In this document: positions 23,914 to 38,916 of the stretch, in pieces
Layout of the letters: every line of letters starts with the position of its first letter
Position numbering within the stretch: the first letter of the stretch is position 1
Assembly: GCA_030295235.1 (NCBI GenBank)
Contig: AP026143.1
Location: 496,001 to 560,000 of the forward strand
Length of the DNA: 64,000 nucleotides
Source: Fistulifera solaris
Taxonomy: Eukaryota
Reading direction: 5' to 3'
Notes under the pieces: model-generated
What the model was told of the DNA's origin: nothing
The model's database searches: none
What the model saw: the letters and a program-made list of their open reading frames with translations, nothing else
Program-made: the position numbers and the translations under genes

Positions 23914-24433
23914 CGCTTGAAAAAGAAAAGGTAGGCTACGTCTTGAAGTGCAAGGCAGCTATTGGTTTATAGACGATGGAGGAAAATAATAATTACTTTG
24001 TAAACAAAAAAATAATAAAAGCTATATATGCGATGCGTAAAATAACCCATGACTGCACGAAATCCAGTCCTGGAAAAGCGTGAAGTAATAATACATCAAA
24101 AGTTATAGGTGAGATTTCGCCCCGGGGCTATGCATTTCAGGCTTACCCTTGGGCTTACCTGATTGCCAGCCGTAGCTATGAAGAGGAATTTGGTTCTCAA
24201 AGGAACCTTTAAAGTGACTAAAGTAAGAGAATACAGACGCATAACTTGCGTAATTCTTTTCGATTCAATGATCAAATAAAATGCATTTCTACGGTGCGTG
24301 GTGATCGTTTCACGGGATAAAGAAACATCCTGTTTTCGTCTTGTAAAGGACACGCCACTGACAAGTTTCATATCTGTACCTCTTACTATATAAAACTAAA
24401 ATCGTTTAAGTTCGTCATCTCAACTCTGCTCGC

Positions 24434-25799
24434 CTAAGTAATAAATGGTCCGTCTGGATCGCCGACCTGCGGGCGTTTTCCCTGCAAGTCTTCATAGCCC
24501 GTGCCTTCTTGAGCTGCCGGTGCATCCAGGTTAGTCCGATTACTACTCGGATCGTCGCGGCCGTGTTCATAATCATTTGAATCGAAGGTCGGTTGACCGT
24601 TTCCTTGACTGTAGTAGTAGTTCGGATTATATCCTTGCTGCTGATTGTTGGCGTCATAATTACGAACATAGTTTCCTTGTTCATCGTAGTAGCCCTGATC
24701 GTAATAACCCGGTTGACCGTATCCTTGTTGGTCGTAATATCCTGACTGTGGCTGCACCATTTGTTGCCTTTCTCGTCCTTCTTCACCCTCTGAATCATCA
24801 TCGTCGTCGTCATCCGAGTCGGAATCATCCTCTCGTCGAATTCTACCATCGCGATCGTCTGCTAATGCCGCAAAGTACGAGTATCGCTTCCGTCCATCCT
24901 GTGTCACTTCCGGAATAGGGTACTTATCATGCTCACCCTCATAATAAAGGTCTGCCAGATCTTGTTGCTCGTCTGTAATTATCTGATTAGGATCTTTCTT
25001 TCGTTTGAACCAGGGACGACGTTCGCCGTTGTCGCGGGACGGACCTTCCGGTGCCGCACCACCAAAGCTTTTGATGGTATTCGCGGAAGACAACCAGAAC
25101 ATGAATGTCGTGAGTGCATAGCCACTGCCTTGTGCCACATCGCACTTGTTTTCCTGGCAAAATTCCGATCCAAAAACCAAAAAGCTGAGCCCCATACAAA
25201 TGGACGCAATGAGATACGCCCACATCAACCAACGAGCAAACATGCTCTGCGAATACGCGCACATGCAAGTACTGAAGACAATGAAGAATGCCACGGTCCC
25301 CAGAAACATGCTGAGCCACGTAAAGAATTTGGAGGCATTGACCCAGGCGTCGATGATTTCCGCTTTCTCATCTTCCGCATAATAACTGCAGGACTTGTAG
25401 TCTGACACCAACCCATAGTCGGTTTCTCGTGAATAAAATCCGTAACCACGTTCACTGCCGGGAATGGGATCTCCCGTTACCGGATTGATGATATGAATGC
25501 GCTGCATAAAACAGGAACCCAATGTATAGACATTGAAATAGACTCCACCGAACGCGGACATGATGCTCATGAACGAAAAACAGCATCCGTGGGGCCATGC
25601 ACTAGAAAATTGCGGTATTAAAAGAAGAGCAGAATGATTGATTGGGGTAAGAGAGACGCTGACAGTATTCACGTTAACAAAGAAAAAAGACTTACCATAT
25701 TCCGCGAAACTCGGCATCGGGGATATTGCAGGTCGCACAATATCGCACGACGTTGCGAGGCCGACAGGGCTCACAACAGCGTGTAATTACGCCTCCCAT
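24434..25799 (-). CDS. Multi-pass (claudin-like) membrane protein with a Cys-rich N-terminus and an acidic/Tyr-Gln-rich tail
   Basis: ATG 25799 (MGGVITRCCEPC...), intron 25695-25602 restores the frame into AWPHGCC. About four hydrophobic helices, a GYGFYS extracellular motif and GYYDQ repeats. Confidence 0.7.
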
Positions 25800-26481
25800 T
25801 TGTTACCTAAAGAAGACTTGTGTGTATAATTCTGTTTGTTTACGAATAAGTTTCCCTCTTTGTCTTGCTAATTCAATTGCAATAGAACGGATGCATCGCG
25901 TTGGATGAGGCATTTCTGCGTTTCGATCTTGGACCGCGTTGTTTTTGCGCGTACTACTTTTGGTATACTGTGTGACAAGGGTCATAATTCCAGTCATTCT
26001 GGAAAAGGTAATCTACTTTTTATTTCATACTAAAAAGTTGGGAACTCCACTATCAATAAGGTTAAAGTTTTTGTTTGCTAGGGATTCCGTCCGTATTACC
26101 AGGTATTTAGCTACAATTCATTCCAACTACATAGTGAGAGGCAGAACAAGACAAAAACTTGAATCTACTTAACTTATTTCTTGCGCAGTTGCTAGTTTCC
26201 CTCACTGTACGGAACTCTCGTTGGTTTTGGAAGTACCCGTGTTTATGACCTAACTTGACTCACGACTAAAAATCCAGTCGGAAATTTTCCCGTGCAACTA
26301 CTTTTAACACATACAGTAACAGCAGCGCCTCCGCTGCGGCGGCAATATAACTCACGCAATGCGAATCTTTATATTACGGAGTATATGTTGTATGTTGCGT
26401 TATTTCGTTCATTTACTTTATTATTCTTTCAATTTATTTCATTCTTTTTACAACTATTGAATTATAGATAAACAAAGGATC

Positions 26482-27628
26482 ATGGAACCGGAGAAATTAC
26501 CCGCGGAGATGAAGGAAGAAACCAGCCAACAAGATGCTCGATTTCACCTCGATGAGGCCGCACTCGAAACTCTTCGCACGGAAGCTCCCTGGATGAAAAA
26601 TCCCAAATACTTTCAATCCGTGACACTTTCTCCGTCGGCTATCATCAAAATCATGATGCATTGTCAATCGGGTGTCGATAAAGGCATTCAAAAGGGTGGT
26701 GCGTCTGTGTGAAAGAGAGCGAACACGGACGGGACAAGATAGATACGATCGCTCATTCTTTTTTCTTTTTTCTCCTTTTACTACAGGCAATCCCATTGAA
26801 GTTATGGGATTACTCATGGGCCGTCCGGATACACAACATCCGAATACACTCATTATCACAGATGCTTTCCCGTTGCCGATTGAAGGATTTGAGACACGTG
26901 TCGTGGCCGATGATGAACATGTGGTCAATCACATGATCAGTTTGGGCGAATCGCTGGAAGCGACGCGCAAGGAAAAATTCATGGGGTGGTATCACTCGCA
27001 TCCGTTCGATCTGAGTGAACACTCGCACTGTTTTCTGTCACAAACGGATTTAACGACACAGTTGCAATGGCAGCGGGCCGAAGATCCGCACGGCAATCCC
27101 TTTGTCGCCCTCGTGGTCGATCCGTTGCGTTCAATGCACACCGAATATCCCGAAATTAAAGCATTTCGCGCCTATCCCCCCGAATACAACAGTCCCGTGG
27201 CGAACGAGTGTCCGAATGGGTCAATTGAAACATCCGATCAAATACGTCTGGAGAAATGGGGAAGTTGTTGGAATCGCTATTACGAACTCAAAGTCGAATA
27301 CTACATGTCAACGGTGTCACGAAAAGTCATTGTGGATGGATTGACACAAGATTCGTTGTGGATGCGGTCATTGGTTCGGGCACCAACGTCGCTGTGGATG
27401 TCGCAGATGAAATCGGTGACCAACGACTTTGTGCACGCGGCCAATTCCAAAATGGTGGGCACTGCGAGCAGTCGACCGGCCCTGGGAAATCGCTCTTCCG
27501 CCGCGCATTCCGAGCCATCGCAGGAGTGGAACAAAGTGGTCACGCAAGTCAATGATCTGGCCTTGGAGCAATTGGCGCAGGAGACTTTGCAAGAGTCCAA
27601 GAACATGGTGTTTGGCGTTGGCTTGTGA
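26482..27628 (+). CDS. CSN5: COP9 signalosome subunit 5 (JAMM metalloprotease)
   Basis: APWMKNPKYF, KIMMHCQSG, intron 26699-26786, EVMGLLMG, DAFPLPIEGFETRV, GWYHSHP..FLSQTD and VVDPLRS. Confidence 0.92.
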
Positions 27629-27734
27629 ATTGTTCCCACTGAAGTGCTATCATAAAGTAAGGTTCTAGAGAACATTATATTGCATAAAAACTGATATTTA
27701 CAGCAACTTTACCTGATCATCTCATCTCCAGTTG

Positions 27735-28663
27735 TTATTTCGAACTTCTTTTGGCCGTAATAATGAAAAGAGGGTCACTTCTTCCTGGATTAGGGCTCGC
27801 ATCTGTACATTTGGGTGGATCAAAGCAGCCAGCATAATGAAAGAAACTTCCGACGATGAAGATGTGTTCTAGATCGCTGGTTTGTAACCAAATTTGCATC
27901 GCCTTGGTAGGGAAACACCTAGAGAAAAAAGTGAGCTCGGGAAGATTGTCAAAAAGCTTCCCCCATACACAGTCCTCGACGCATTGAAAAGACGTACCGA
28001 TTGCTGATACTAATAATCGCCTCGCCACCGGGACGCAAAACGCGTCCTATTTCCTTGACAACTTCCAATGGCTGTGTCAAGTAGTCAATGGAAACAACAC
28101 AAGTTACCTGACGAAACAGACGATATCGTAAGAAAAGAACGCGGCATCATAACAGAAGCAGAAATAATTTCCACTCATACCTTATCAAACGAAGCATCTG
28201 CAAAAGGAAACTTCGGGTTCTTGTTTAGATTCTGCACAACATAGTCGGTCAATTGAGGGTTCTTGCTGAGCTCAAACTCGTTCATTCCCAATCCAACGAC
28301 CTTTCCGCCTTTAAAGTTGTTAGGGTAATGCGATACCCATGAACTACAAATATCCAGCACATCATCTCCTTCTTTCAAACTTGTCGCATAATGTTCGGTA
28401 AGTGCCGATACAGCTGCATCGTCTATGTGATAGACGAGGCGTGGTTGACTGTAGAAGATCTCGTCTTCTGACGGATCCATGACAGCAAAGTCAACTTTGT
28501 CATCGTAGGGCCAATATGCTGGCCATTTGGGATTGGCCAAGACCTTTTCGGCCATGCCTTTGGTAGAGAACGCGACCGGAAAACGAAAGCCCGGTACGCG
28601 GGCCGACGGAAAGAACGCGGATGCCGAAGATGCCAGCAACAATGAAGGAAACAGGCGATTCAT
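27735..28663 (-). CDS. Plastid-targeted class I SAM methyltransferase (type 11-like); two introns
   Basis: ASA-FF presequence, FYSQPRLVYHID, VLDICSSWVSHYP, GLGMNEFEL. Introns 28180-28108 and 27997-27919 give CVVSIDYLTQP..RVLRPGG..SNRCFPTKA. Confidence 0.9.
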
Positions 28664-29248
28664 CAGTCTAGTTTGTACTCTCATTCTTCTAACGTGCAAT
28701 TTTGTGGCTGGTGTCTTAAAATTCTTCGAAGTCGTCGCATTATGTCATCATTCATCATCGTCATCGTACGTGCTCGCGAAATGATCGCTCGAAATGAGAA
28801 AAATGCGAGATCGAATGACGTGTTGCGTGACTCACAGTCACGTCGCGAATGAAATAATACTCAGTAGGAAATAGCGCTCCCCCTAATATTCTTTGAAGCT
28901 TCGATCGTCTGCTGGTTCTCAAAGCTAGAGCTATGTCTAAAATCTTGGAGCTGCTAGGATCTATCAAAACCTAGTTTTGCGTTGTCACGGGTAGGAATTA
29001 AAGAACGCAATTGCAAAAGTCATAAATGCTCATCTAACAATAAGACGTTTGCGACCGATGTAAACGGACTGCTAAATTAAAGTAGGCTAAACTAGGCACG
29101 AGACAAGGCCATAATTCTGCCAATGAAAGAAGAAATCATGGTGTGTAAAACGTGATTAGTCTATACCCAGTATCGCTCGTTCATAATGGAACCGAAAAGG
29201 AATGACTTGGCTCAGATCTGTCGTTCGACCCGCCTCCGTCGCTTTTTT

Positions 29249-29809
29249 TTATTTACCAGCCAGTTGTTTAGCTATGCGATCTTTCATAGGTTTCAAAAGT
29301 GCAATATGCTCATCGACGGACTTGGCGGTACATGACAGCCACGTATCCTCCACTTTGCGCATTTTTCGGGCGTCGTTTTCATCTCCTGGATTCAACATGT
29401 CTCGAACTTTGTCCTGACAGTCTTGGATGGAACGACCGAGACGGTTCTTATAATTTGATACTTCCTGTCAACGTTAAGAAAAGAAATGAGTCGCATGTCG
29501 TTGTGAAGTACAGAGTTACGATGTAGCTGGAGAAACTGGCGTTCCACAATTGCGAATACTTCGACTCACTTGTTGAAGAATATTACTGGCATGCTGATAA
29601 GGCACTTGACAGTTCTGAACGCATCGTTCCAACGTTTCGGAAGGACCAGTTGTGCCTGCCTTGTCAAAACAAGCGACGCAACAAGCATACGCCTCGCGGG
29701 CCTGTTTGCGGACGTGTAATCTTTGGATTTCATCAATCACGATGCGCTCTTGTCCTTCCAGTTTGGCCATGAGTGCCTGTGCTTTCGCTTGTACTTCTGG
29801 ATTTGACAT
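29249..29809 (-). CDS. FAM136A/DUF842-family CX3C protein; one intron
   Basis: CCVACFD and ERCVQNCQ motifs. Intron 29569-29465, then EVSNYKNRLGRSIQDCQDKVRD...LKPMKDRI, stop at 29249. Confidence 0.8.
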
Positions 29810-30254
29810 ATTGTTACGCGATTTGAGCAGTTCAGTTGCGATTGGAATGGTTATAATGTCGTCAAATTTGTTGTTATTGCTTGCTATTGCAATGGATCTT
29901 CATCGTCGATCTTTTTTTTCCATTTTTGGTTGGAGGTTGGAGGGCGAAAAAGCAGGTCGCCCTCTGGGACTATAGGTTAAAGTGTATCCATAAAACCATA
30001 AAGGGCCATCTGCTTTGTGCCTTGAATTAGGGTTATCTTTAAAAAGCTGTTTATCCTTAATGAAATCAGATTTAGAGGCGCTATAGCTTTTGGATTTCAT
30101 TTTACACATTGGATCATAGTTCCAAAATGGTTCTCGAGACTTATTCAAAGATCGTCACTTTTCCTTAAGTAAAATCCGTCAAATTTACAAGGGGATTTTT
30201 GTAAAGGAAAAATCAGCGCTTTTTGTTTTGATGCTGTCTCTGTTATTATTGTTA

Positions 30255-31138
<884 letters not shown>

Positions 31139-31260
31139 TTGGTCTTTATAAAGGAGAAAACTTGCGTTTGACTCCGTACGGACCAACTTTGCAGCTCATA
31201 GTTGAAGGGAAATGGCGAATGTACAGTAAAGCGGGCCTTTTGTAAGCATTAGTTGTTACA

Positions 31261-33293
31261 ATGGGCACCACCGAATCCATTCTTTACGATGACGAAGACG
31301 ACGGCCAAAATGAAAAGGAAATTGCCGATCTTTCCACACCGGCTTCACGTCGAAAAGGAAGACCTTCAACGAGTTCCTTACCTTCCACGGCAAGACGACG
31401 GAATGTTCGCTCGCCATCCGAAAAAAATTCTCCGCTATTTGTAATGAATGCAACAATTCTCGGATTACCGAAAGCCGGAAAGCAAACTCTGCTGCATCGA
31501 CTACGGGGGAAAGATCCATTTTCAGCTGTGCTGGAGAAACAAAGCTCAGCTCAGGTTCCGTACCAATCACCTCGGTCAGTCGAAGATCGGATTCAACTTC
31601 ACGCACAAATTCACCGAGTGTCGAGCAATACACGACTACAGACGGATCTTGCAATCTTACTAATTGATCCACGACACGATCGAGAGCGGATAGAGCAATC
31701 AATCGGTGAAGCCGTTCAATTGACATGGCGCTCGACGCAAAATGAAAACAACAAACCATTTTGTCTATGTATACTCCTCAACTTTTGGGACAAACTCTAC
31801 AAGAACGATAAGAAGCTACGAAAGACTCAAGTCTCCGAATCGGATGTTCAACAAATGACCTTGCTGGCTCTTCAACAACTATCGACGGATGTGGAACCCT
31901 CGCGATTACATCTGCAATGTACAACTTCGTCTCTTTTCAACTGCTACGGTCTGGGAATTTTACACTTTTTCATTTATCAATCTTATTTGCTACGCAAACA
32001 ATGGCAGTTACAGAAAAAATTACAAGCGATTCAACAATCTTTTCAAAAATCTCGAGAATCGGTACCTCAAGTCATACCTTACGAACTTTATATTAAGCAG
32101 CTGCGCAACCCACCACCGGCCCCCTCTCCCGAGCAACCAACACAACCAACATCGGATTCGTCACAGGCACCAACTTTAATAAAAGCCCAGCGACGACCCG
32201 TTGTGATGCCGGAGGTAAACATGAAGCCCACCAGCTCAGTGCAGAACACGGAAGCGTCGAGAAAAGCTCTTGAAGCTTTTTTGGCCGACGAAGATGACGA
32301 GGATGAGGTCATTCTTAAACATAATGTGTACGACAGTGACGAGGATAGCGAAGTCTTCTTTGATGAATCGGGACGAAGGCATATGGCGGGAGCTGGTCAT
32401 AGCAGAAGTGATAGTCAATCAGAAATATCTTCCGAAAGCAACGCAGGGCGAAGTGTAGACAACAAGACAAAGAACAATGAAACTGGCCCTGTAGAATCTC
32501 GGGAACGCAGCGCTTCGACTTCAATAGACAGAAATGGTGACAGTAGTAACGATAGCGCTTCTCGTTCGTCCTTGGTAAATGCGGAAATAGTAGAGGCCGA
32601 AACTACAAGCCCGCATGCCTCGAATGATGACCTCTCTGAGGAGGACTCCAACCATGAACCTAGTAACAACATCAGCCCTCCGGCCGAAGCCGAAACGTCA
32701 GATGAGCACCGCAACGAAGAACCTACGATAACAGATGAAGAGCTCACCAAACACACAAGCAACGGTGACCGGCATAAGAACGAGAATCTTGAGGGTCAAG
32801 AAACCCATCCAGTGACTGCTAATAAGGCTGATGAAAACCCAACGCCGACAATAATTTCAACGAACAACAAGGAAGTGGAAAACGAGGAAGATGGGGATGA
32901 ACGAGAATTTTTGTGGAAGAAGCCGATGATGCTGCAAAATCGGCAAACGATTCGATTCCAGAAGCATCGTCAAAGGCGATAGAAAACAGCCCCCGGCTCT
33001 CCGCGGGCTCCGCTCCGTTTGACACACAGGGCGCATCCAATGCGACGAAGGCACCTCTTACAAATGGAACGAGTCAAGATCGATCCAGTCAAATGAATCC
33101 AGCTGTTCTTGCCGCCATTGCCGCTGCTCAGCAAGAAGCACAGGCGATGCTTGAGCAGCAGCTGTCGCAAGAGAGTGAAAAGAAGACGCGTGAAAAGAAA
33201 CCGAAAAAGGAGAAGAAAAAGAAAGAAAAGAAGGAGAAAAAGAAGAAAGAAGTCAAGTATGAGAGGGAGGTAGAAGCTCTGTCGGACTCATGA
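31261..33293 (+). CDS. RABL6-like protein (degenerate Rab-like GTPase domain, acidic middle, Lys-rich tail); one frameshift
   Basis: ILGLPKAGKQTLL P-loop-like motif, ILLNFWD and TSSLFNCYGLGILHFFIYQSYL resemble RABL6. KKEKKKKEKK C-terminus reached via a T-run shift ~32908. Confidence 0.6.
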
Positions 33294-33392
33294 TACATGA
33301 TACAAAAGCCGGAGAAGGTAGCCGAAAACTTTATAATCTAGTTTTGCATCAAAATTAAACTGATAATTTGAATTAGTAAACGTTGTCATTCT

Positions 33393-34236
<844 letters not shown>

Positions 34237-34708
34237 TTAATGGTCGTAATAAAGGCGGATGCAATCTGTCATGGTCGAACGCCAGCAAGATAAAATGCAG
34301 CCAAAATTCATGCACTACCGTCTGTCCGACAGCCGTACCGGAATCCGAGCGATCATCATGGAAAAACGTGACGGAGCAACTATGGAACATGGAACACGAG
34401 CTAAGTCACGAGTTGTTTACAGCGGGATACGGAATGCGGAATTTAGCATTTTGAAAATTCCAAAGCCAACGCTCTCCTCCCCTCGCGCTCGCGATGATCG
34501 GCTCGAGCCATGAGCAATAACAAAATGCACCATGCAGCCGCACACAGCACCATGACAACATGAAACGTAGTATCGCGACGTAATTGAAATTCAAACTTCA
34601 AAAATCTCCTTTGCAGTGCAGACCTAAAATAACACTTCGCTTAATTCAGAGAAATCGACAAAGAGCGCGTATCACGTATCCCTTTTCCATTTGATTGTTT
34701 TTCGAGAA

Positions 34709-35335
34709 ATGTTGCAACCGAACCCAACACTTTACCTCAAAAATATAGACTGGAAGGTCAAAAAGCCGTTGCTACGTCGAGCATTATATTCCTTGTTTAC
34801 ACGTCACGGAAAGGTTCACGAAGTCATTGTCCTTCGACGTGAAGGTCTTCGTGGACAAGCCTGGATCATTTTTGATGATGTGCAATCTGCCGTAGCGGCA
34901 CTTCAGGCCGAACAGGGATTTACACTCTTTGGCAAGGATTTGGTGATTGAATTCGCCAAAGCGCCTAGCGACCGTATTTCGAGGCGTGACGGGACCTATG
35001 TACCAAAAGCGAAGAGGGCAAAGACCGACGACAAACGCGCTGATGAGAACGAAGCAACCACAGCAGCCACTGCAGTTCCTGCCGCTACTTCTATCCCTGA
35101 AGCGCCACCTTCAAAGTACTTGCTGGCCGACAATTTACCACAGGAATGCAATGAGATGATGCTCGGTATGCTATTCCGACAATATGCTGGATTCAAAGAA
35201 GTCCGCATGCCCCGTCCAGGTTTGGCGTTTGTTGAGTTTGAGGACGAGCCTCATGCAACCATAGCGAAAAACGGCTTGAATGGCTTTCAAATTACCGCAA
35301 ATGATCGGCTGAATCTTAACTACGGGAAAAACTAG
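34709..35335 (+). CDS. U1A/U2B'' snRNP protein (two RRMs)
   Basis: PNPTLYLKNI..LRGQAWIIF in RRM1. PPSKYLLADNLP..FRQYAGFKEVR..LAFVEF in RRM2. Confidence 0.92.
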   Translation: MLQPNPTLYLKNIDWKVKKPLLRRALYSLFTRHGKVHEVIVLRREGLRGQAWIIFDDVQSAVAALQAEQGFTLFGKDLVIEFAKAPSDRISRRDGTYVPKAKRAKTDDKRADENEATTAATAVPAATSIPEAPPSKYLLADNLPQECNEMMLGMLFRQYAGFKEVRMPRPGLAFVEFEDEPHATIAKNGLNGFQITANDRLNLNYGKN

Positions 35336-36076
35336 TGACACTTCTCTGGTCTCCGCCTTGTCAAAATGCGACATTAACATATCACCTTCTTTTCAATTAT
35401 GGGACTAGTTCAAACATTAGCGATGGGTCTTCAGGAGGGTCGATTTATTCATCTAATCATGCTTCGTACAGTATTGAAGTAGCTACATACTGTCTGTATA
35501 CCTGGTAACCTTAGCTTCGTTCCTTGCATTACCCGGTACCAGTACGACCCGTCATTTGCCGTATCGACAGGAACAAAAGCCGCATGGAACACGTTCCATG
35601 AGTTCTGAGCAAGCTCTGAGTCACACTATAGTGACGAGTAACACTGAGTCACCATCAACCAATGATCTGACGATGAAAAGGTGATGCGAAGAAAAGAAGA
35701 ACAATTCACTCTGATCTGGAGAGAATGAGAGCGACAAATTGATGACGTGTCAAAATTTTGTATACATGTTTTGTGTACCGATGTCATCTGTCATCTGACT
35801 CTGCTTCGATCGAATTCCTGTTCTTGATGGAGTTGCCGTGGAACGGTTTCAGTTTCTCTCATAATTTCTTTCGTAACAAATTCTACGAACCATCACGTAC
35901 ATTCCTTCGAATTCGCATAGAGACCAAGCGAAACGGCCTGTTTGACACGTGACGATTTCGAGGAAGAATTACTTCTGTTTCACAAAAACTAATTACAACG
36001 AAAACAATCAGTTCATTTAAAAAGCATTCAACACAACAGTTTAAAGCGAATTCATAGCTCAGATTAAAACGAAACC

Positions 36077-37441
36077 ATGGCGAACCACTTCGGATCGAAT
36101 ACAAACTCAGTCAAACAACAAAACATGCGACCCATGGATGCCAAACAACAGCGCGTGTCTGGAAGTTACTCGGCGGGGTTTTCGGGCATTGCCATTCGCC
36201 GCATTCGAGAACCACACAAGCACGACGTTCTCAGCGGGCGTGGCGGAGGTATTAATAGCCATGAGGGTAACGTTCAGTTCCGAAAATGGGTAGCCGACCG
36301 AAAGAACGATTACAACTTGGCAGCCAACAAAGCAGCGAAAGCCGAGGTAGCTCGGGAAGTCATCACAATGGTACAAAGTCAGGACCCTCCCGGGCGCTTC
36401 TTGCAGAAAGACCCTTCCTCGATGGGGAACAGTTCATGGTGGATCGAGCTCGACGATGAAAAAATCATGGCGAAAACCAGTCAAGCGCTTCGTGAGGGAG
36501 CTCCCCAGATACGAGCCGCGCATAAAGATGAACTTTTGGAAAATCGCGCTCGCTCGAATACACGACGTATCAAGGAGACTGTGCCCATTAGTCCGAAGAA
36601 GAGGAAAATCGGTTATGTGGAGCCGGACGAGGTTATTACGCGAATGGCAGACAAGCCCCGAGTTTTGAGTATTTTGCAACAGAACATGAAGGCTGCACAG
36701 GAAACGAAAGGAGACGAGCTCGTGGAGTTCGAGCACCCAGAAAAGCGATTTCGTACGGCTTTCAACGGACAGACTTTGTCGCCCTACGATGATACGCCGC
36801 CTTTAACTCCTGCTCCTGCTCCAGACATCATTCCTCTCGAGTCAGCAATGATGCCTCCACCAGCCGTCATGCGGAGCAATAGCAGCTTTGCCCGCACAAA
36901 CTCCTTGGCGCTTTCGGATATTAGTGCCGGAGACTTTGACGTCAATGAAGATTTTGTCAACCCTTTTGAGAATGAAAGTGACCTTGAGAGTTTACACGGG
37001 TTTGCGATTCCACCTCGACTTGGAGTGTTCAGAGAATCAAGTATTTCTAGTGATATGGGTGGATACGAAGCTCTTTTCGGGCCAGCACCGCCCAAGCCTC
37101 CCCGAAGGACATTCGCACCATCAGGGGTACGTGTAAAATCGATTAGTTCGCAGTCGAACATGTACGAGATTCAAAACGATTTTCTACCTCCTCTTGGTGA
37201 AACCGAATCTCTCCACGACTGGAATCGCGGTCATCATATTTCTCACAAAACGAAATCACCATCCAGGTCTCTTTCGGGTCTTTCGGATCTTCCAGAAATC
37301 AGTCATCTGAACAGCGACTTTAGCGAGGGTGTAAAGCAAATTTATGATGCTCTGCATCAGGAAGATGATGAGGCGTACTTTGCTAGCCCTCGCCGCTCGT
37401 CTTCGAGCTTCTTTTCTTATGCCCCTTCAGATCGCCAATAG
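36077..37441 (+). CDS. DUF6824-domain protein (diatom-expanded putative regulator)
   Basis: HDVLSGRGGGINSHEGNVQFR..PPGRFL..W..KTSQALRE signature followed by a disordered tail. Confidence 0.85.
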   Translation: MANHFGSNTNSVKQQNMRPMDAKQQRVSGSYSAGFSGIAIRRIREPHKHDVLSGRGGGINSHEGNVQFRKWVADRKNDYNLAANKAAKAEVAREVITMVQSQDPPGRFLQKDPSSMGNSSWWIELDDEKIMAKTSQALREGAPQIRAAHKDELLENRARSNTRRIKETVPISPKKRKIGYVEPDEVITRMADKPRVLSILQQNMKAAQETKGDELVEFEHPEKRFRTAFNGQTLSPYDDTPPLTPAPAPDIIPLESAMMPPPAVMRSNSSFARTNSLALSDISAGDFDVNEDFVNPFENESDLESLHGFAIPPRLGVFRESSISSDMGGYEALFGPAPPKPPRRTFAPSGVRVKSISSQSNMYEIQNDFLPPLGETESLHDWNRGHHISHKTKSPSRSLSGLSDLPEISHLNSDFSEGVKQIYDALHQEDDEAYFASPRRSSSSFFSYAPSDRQ

Positions 37442-37631
37442 AATGTATAAAAAGCACCGCTACGTGTTAGCAGAGAACGGTGGATAAACAGCGTGCCGCA
37501 CTAAGTCTTGCCTTGGTCCGCGTACTACTGGTTTGTTGGCGCAAACAAGTACTGCCGTATTATCTTATTCATAAACATTTAGAATTGAAAAAACTACTGT
37601 AATGTCAACTGCCTTTAGTTTATAGAGAAAA

Positions 37632-38916
37632 CTATGCTTCGGTTATGCGCACGATAGCTTGGTTTGTAGTCAAGCTAAAAGCCAAATATTCATACTTCCA
37701 TCCAAACCGCTTGCACGTTTCCCGCCATGCACGGAATTCGTCTTGACGCCACGTCGGATGACCAATGTACTCGTCAAAGACTATAATGGTCCCAGGGACC
37801 ACACGTCCATGCATTGCCTCCAATATATCTAGCGTAGAGGAGTATAGATCACAATCAATGTTCGCGTAAGCTAAGAAAGCTTCCGGTCCTCTCTCTTTGA
37901 GAAATGGAGCGATCGTTTCTCCGAACAGTCCCTTGTGAAATTGAACCTTTCCATCCATTACAGGTACTCTCCCACCTGTCGAGTAGGAACCTGCCGGCTC
38001 ATTGCCCCAGGGCTGGGGCAATCCTGTGAATGTATCAAATCCATGAAGTTCTGTGGTGAGCGGAAGTATTTCCTGCGTAAATCGCATACTGCGTCCCGAT
38101 CCGACACCAAATTCGCAAACGAGACCACCCTGCTCTACCAAAGGGAGCGCCGCTTGTAATGCCAATTCCAGCATCGACCGGGTTCCGCGGTATAAGTTCA
38201 ACGGTTCTGTTTTTCGTGTATGCCAACGGACATAGCCCCAGGAGTCCACCAGACAGGCATATTTGGATTCTTCGCGCCGCAGTATTTCCATAATTTCTTC
38301 CGCCTCGTGCTCTTCCCCCCGATCGTTCGAGTGCTACCGCCAAATGAAACAAAACATTCCGGTCCGCGGGCTGAATTTGTAACGCGCTACGATACGGAGG
38401 GATGGCTTCTTCCACCGATCCATCCGCTTGTATGCTATTTCCTAAACCGGTATAACTGACCGCCGACGGAATCGGATCGATTAAAGTGGATTCCTTGTAT
38501 AATTTCGCCGCGGCCTTGGGATCGCCCAACGCATCGAGATTCAAAAAGGCCAGTCGCAGGCACGTATACGCCAAAATCGTCGTACAGTCCTCTTCCGGTA
38601 AACACGTGACGTGGCCAAATTCGCTCTGGCGGTCGACAAAGCACTGATACAGCGTCGCGGCTTCGTGAAACGAGGCCGAAGCTTTTCGGGCTTGACCGTT
38701 CTTTTCCAATAATACACCGAGTCGAAAGGCACGATCCGCTTCGCCGACGAGCGAGTTCCACGCGACATTGCCCGCGACGAGTTCATGGAGTAAACTGGAT
38801 TCTTGTGACAATGCAGATTGTGATGACGAGAGAGTGCTCAACGCGAGACCGCTCGTGGTCTGATGCGCAATGATTGTGAAGAGACAGAAAAGCGATCGTT
38901 TCAACAAACTTTTCAT
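37632..38916 (-). CDS. Signal peptide + TPR repeats + TylF/MycF-like class I methyltransferase; one frameshift
   Basis: TPR-like helices, then CEFGVGSGRS, HGFDTFTGLP, KGLFGET, NIDCDLYSST and PGTIIVFDEY. Shift at the C-run ~38315-38320. Confidence 0.82.
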
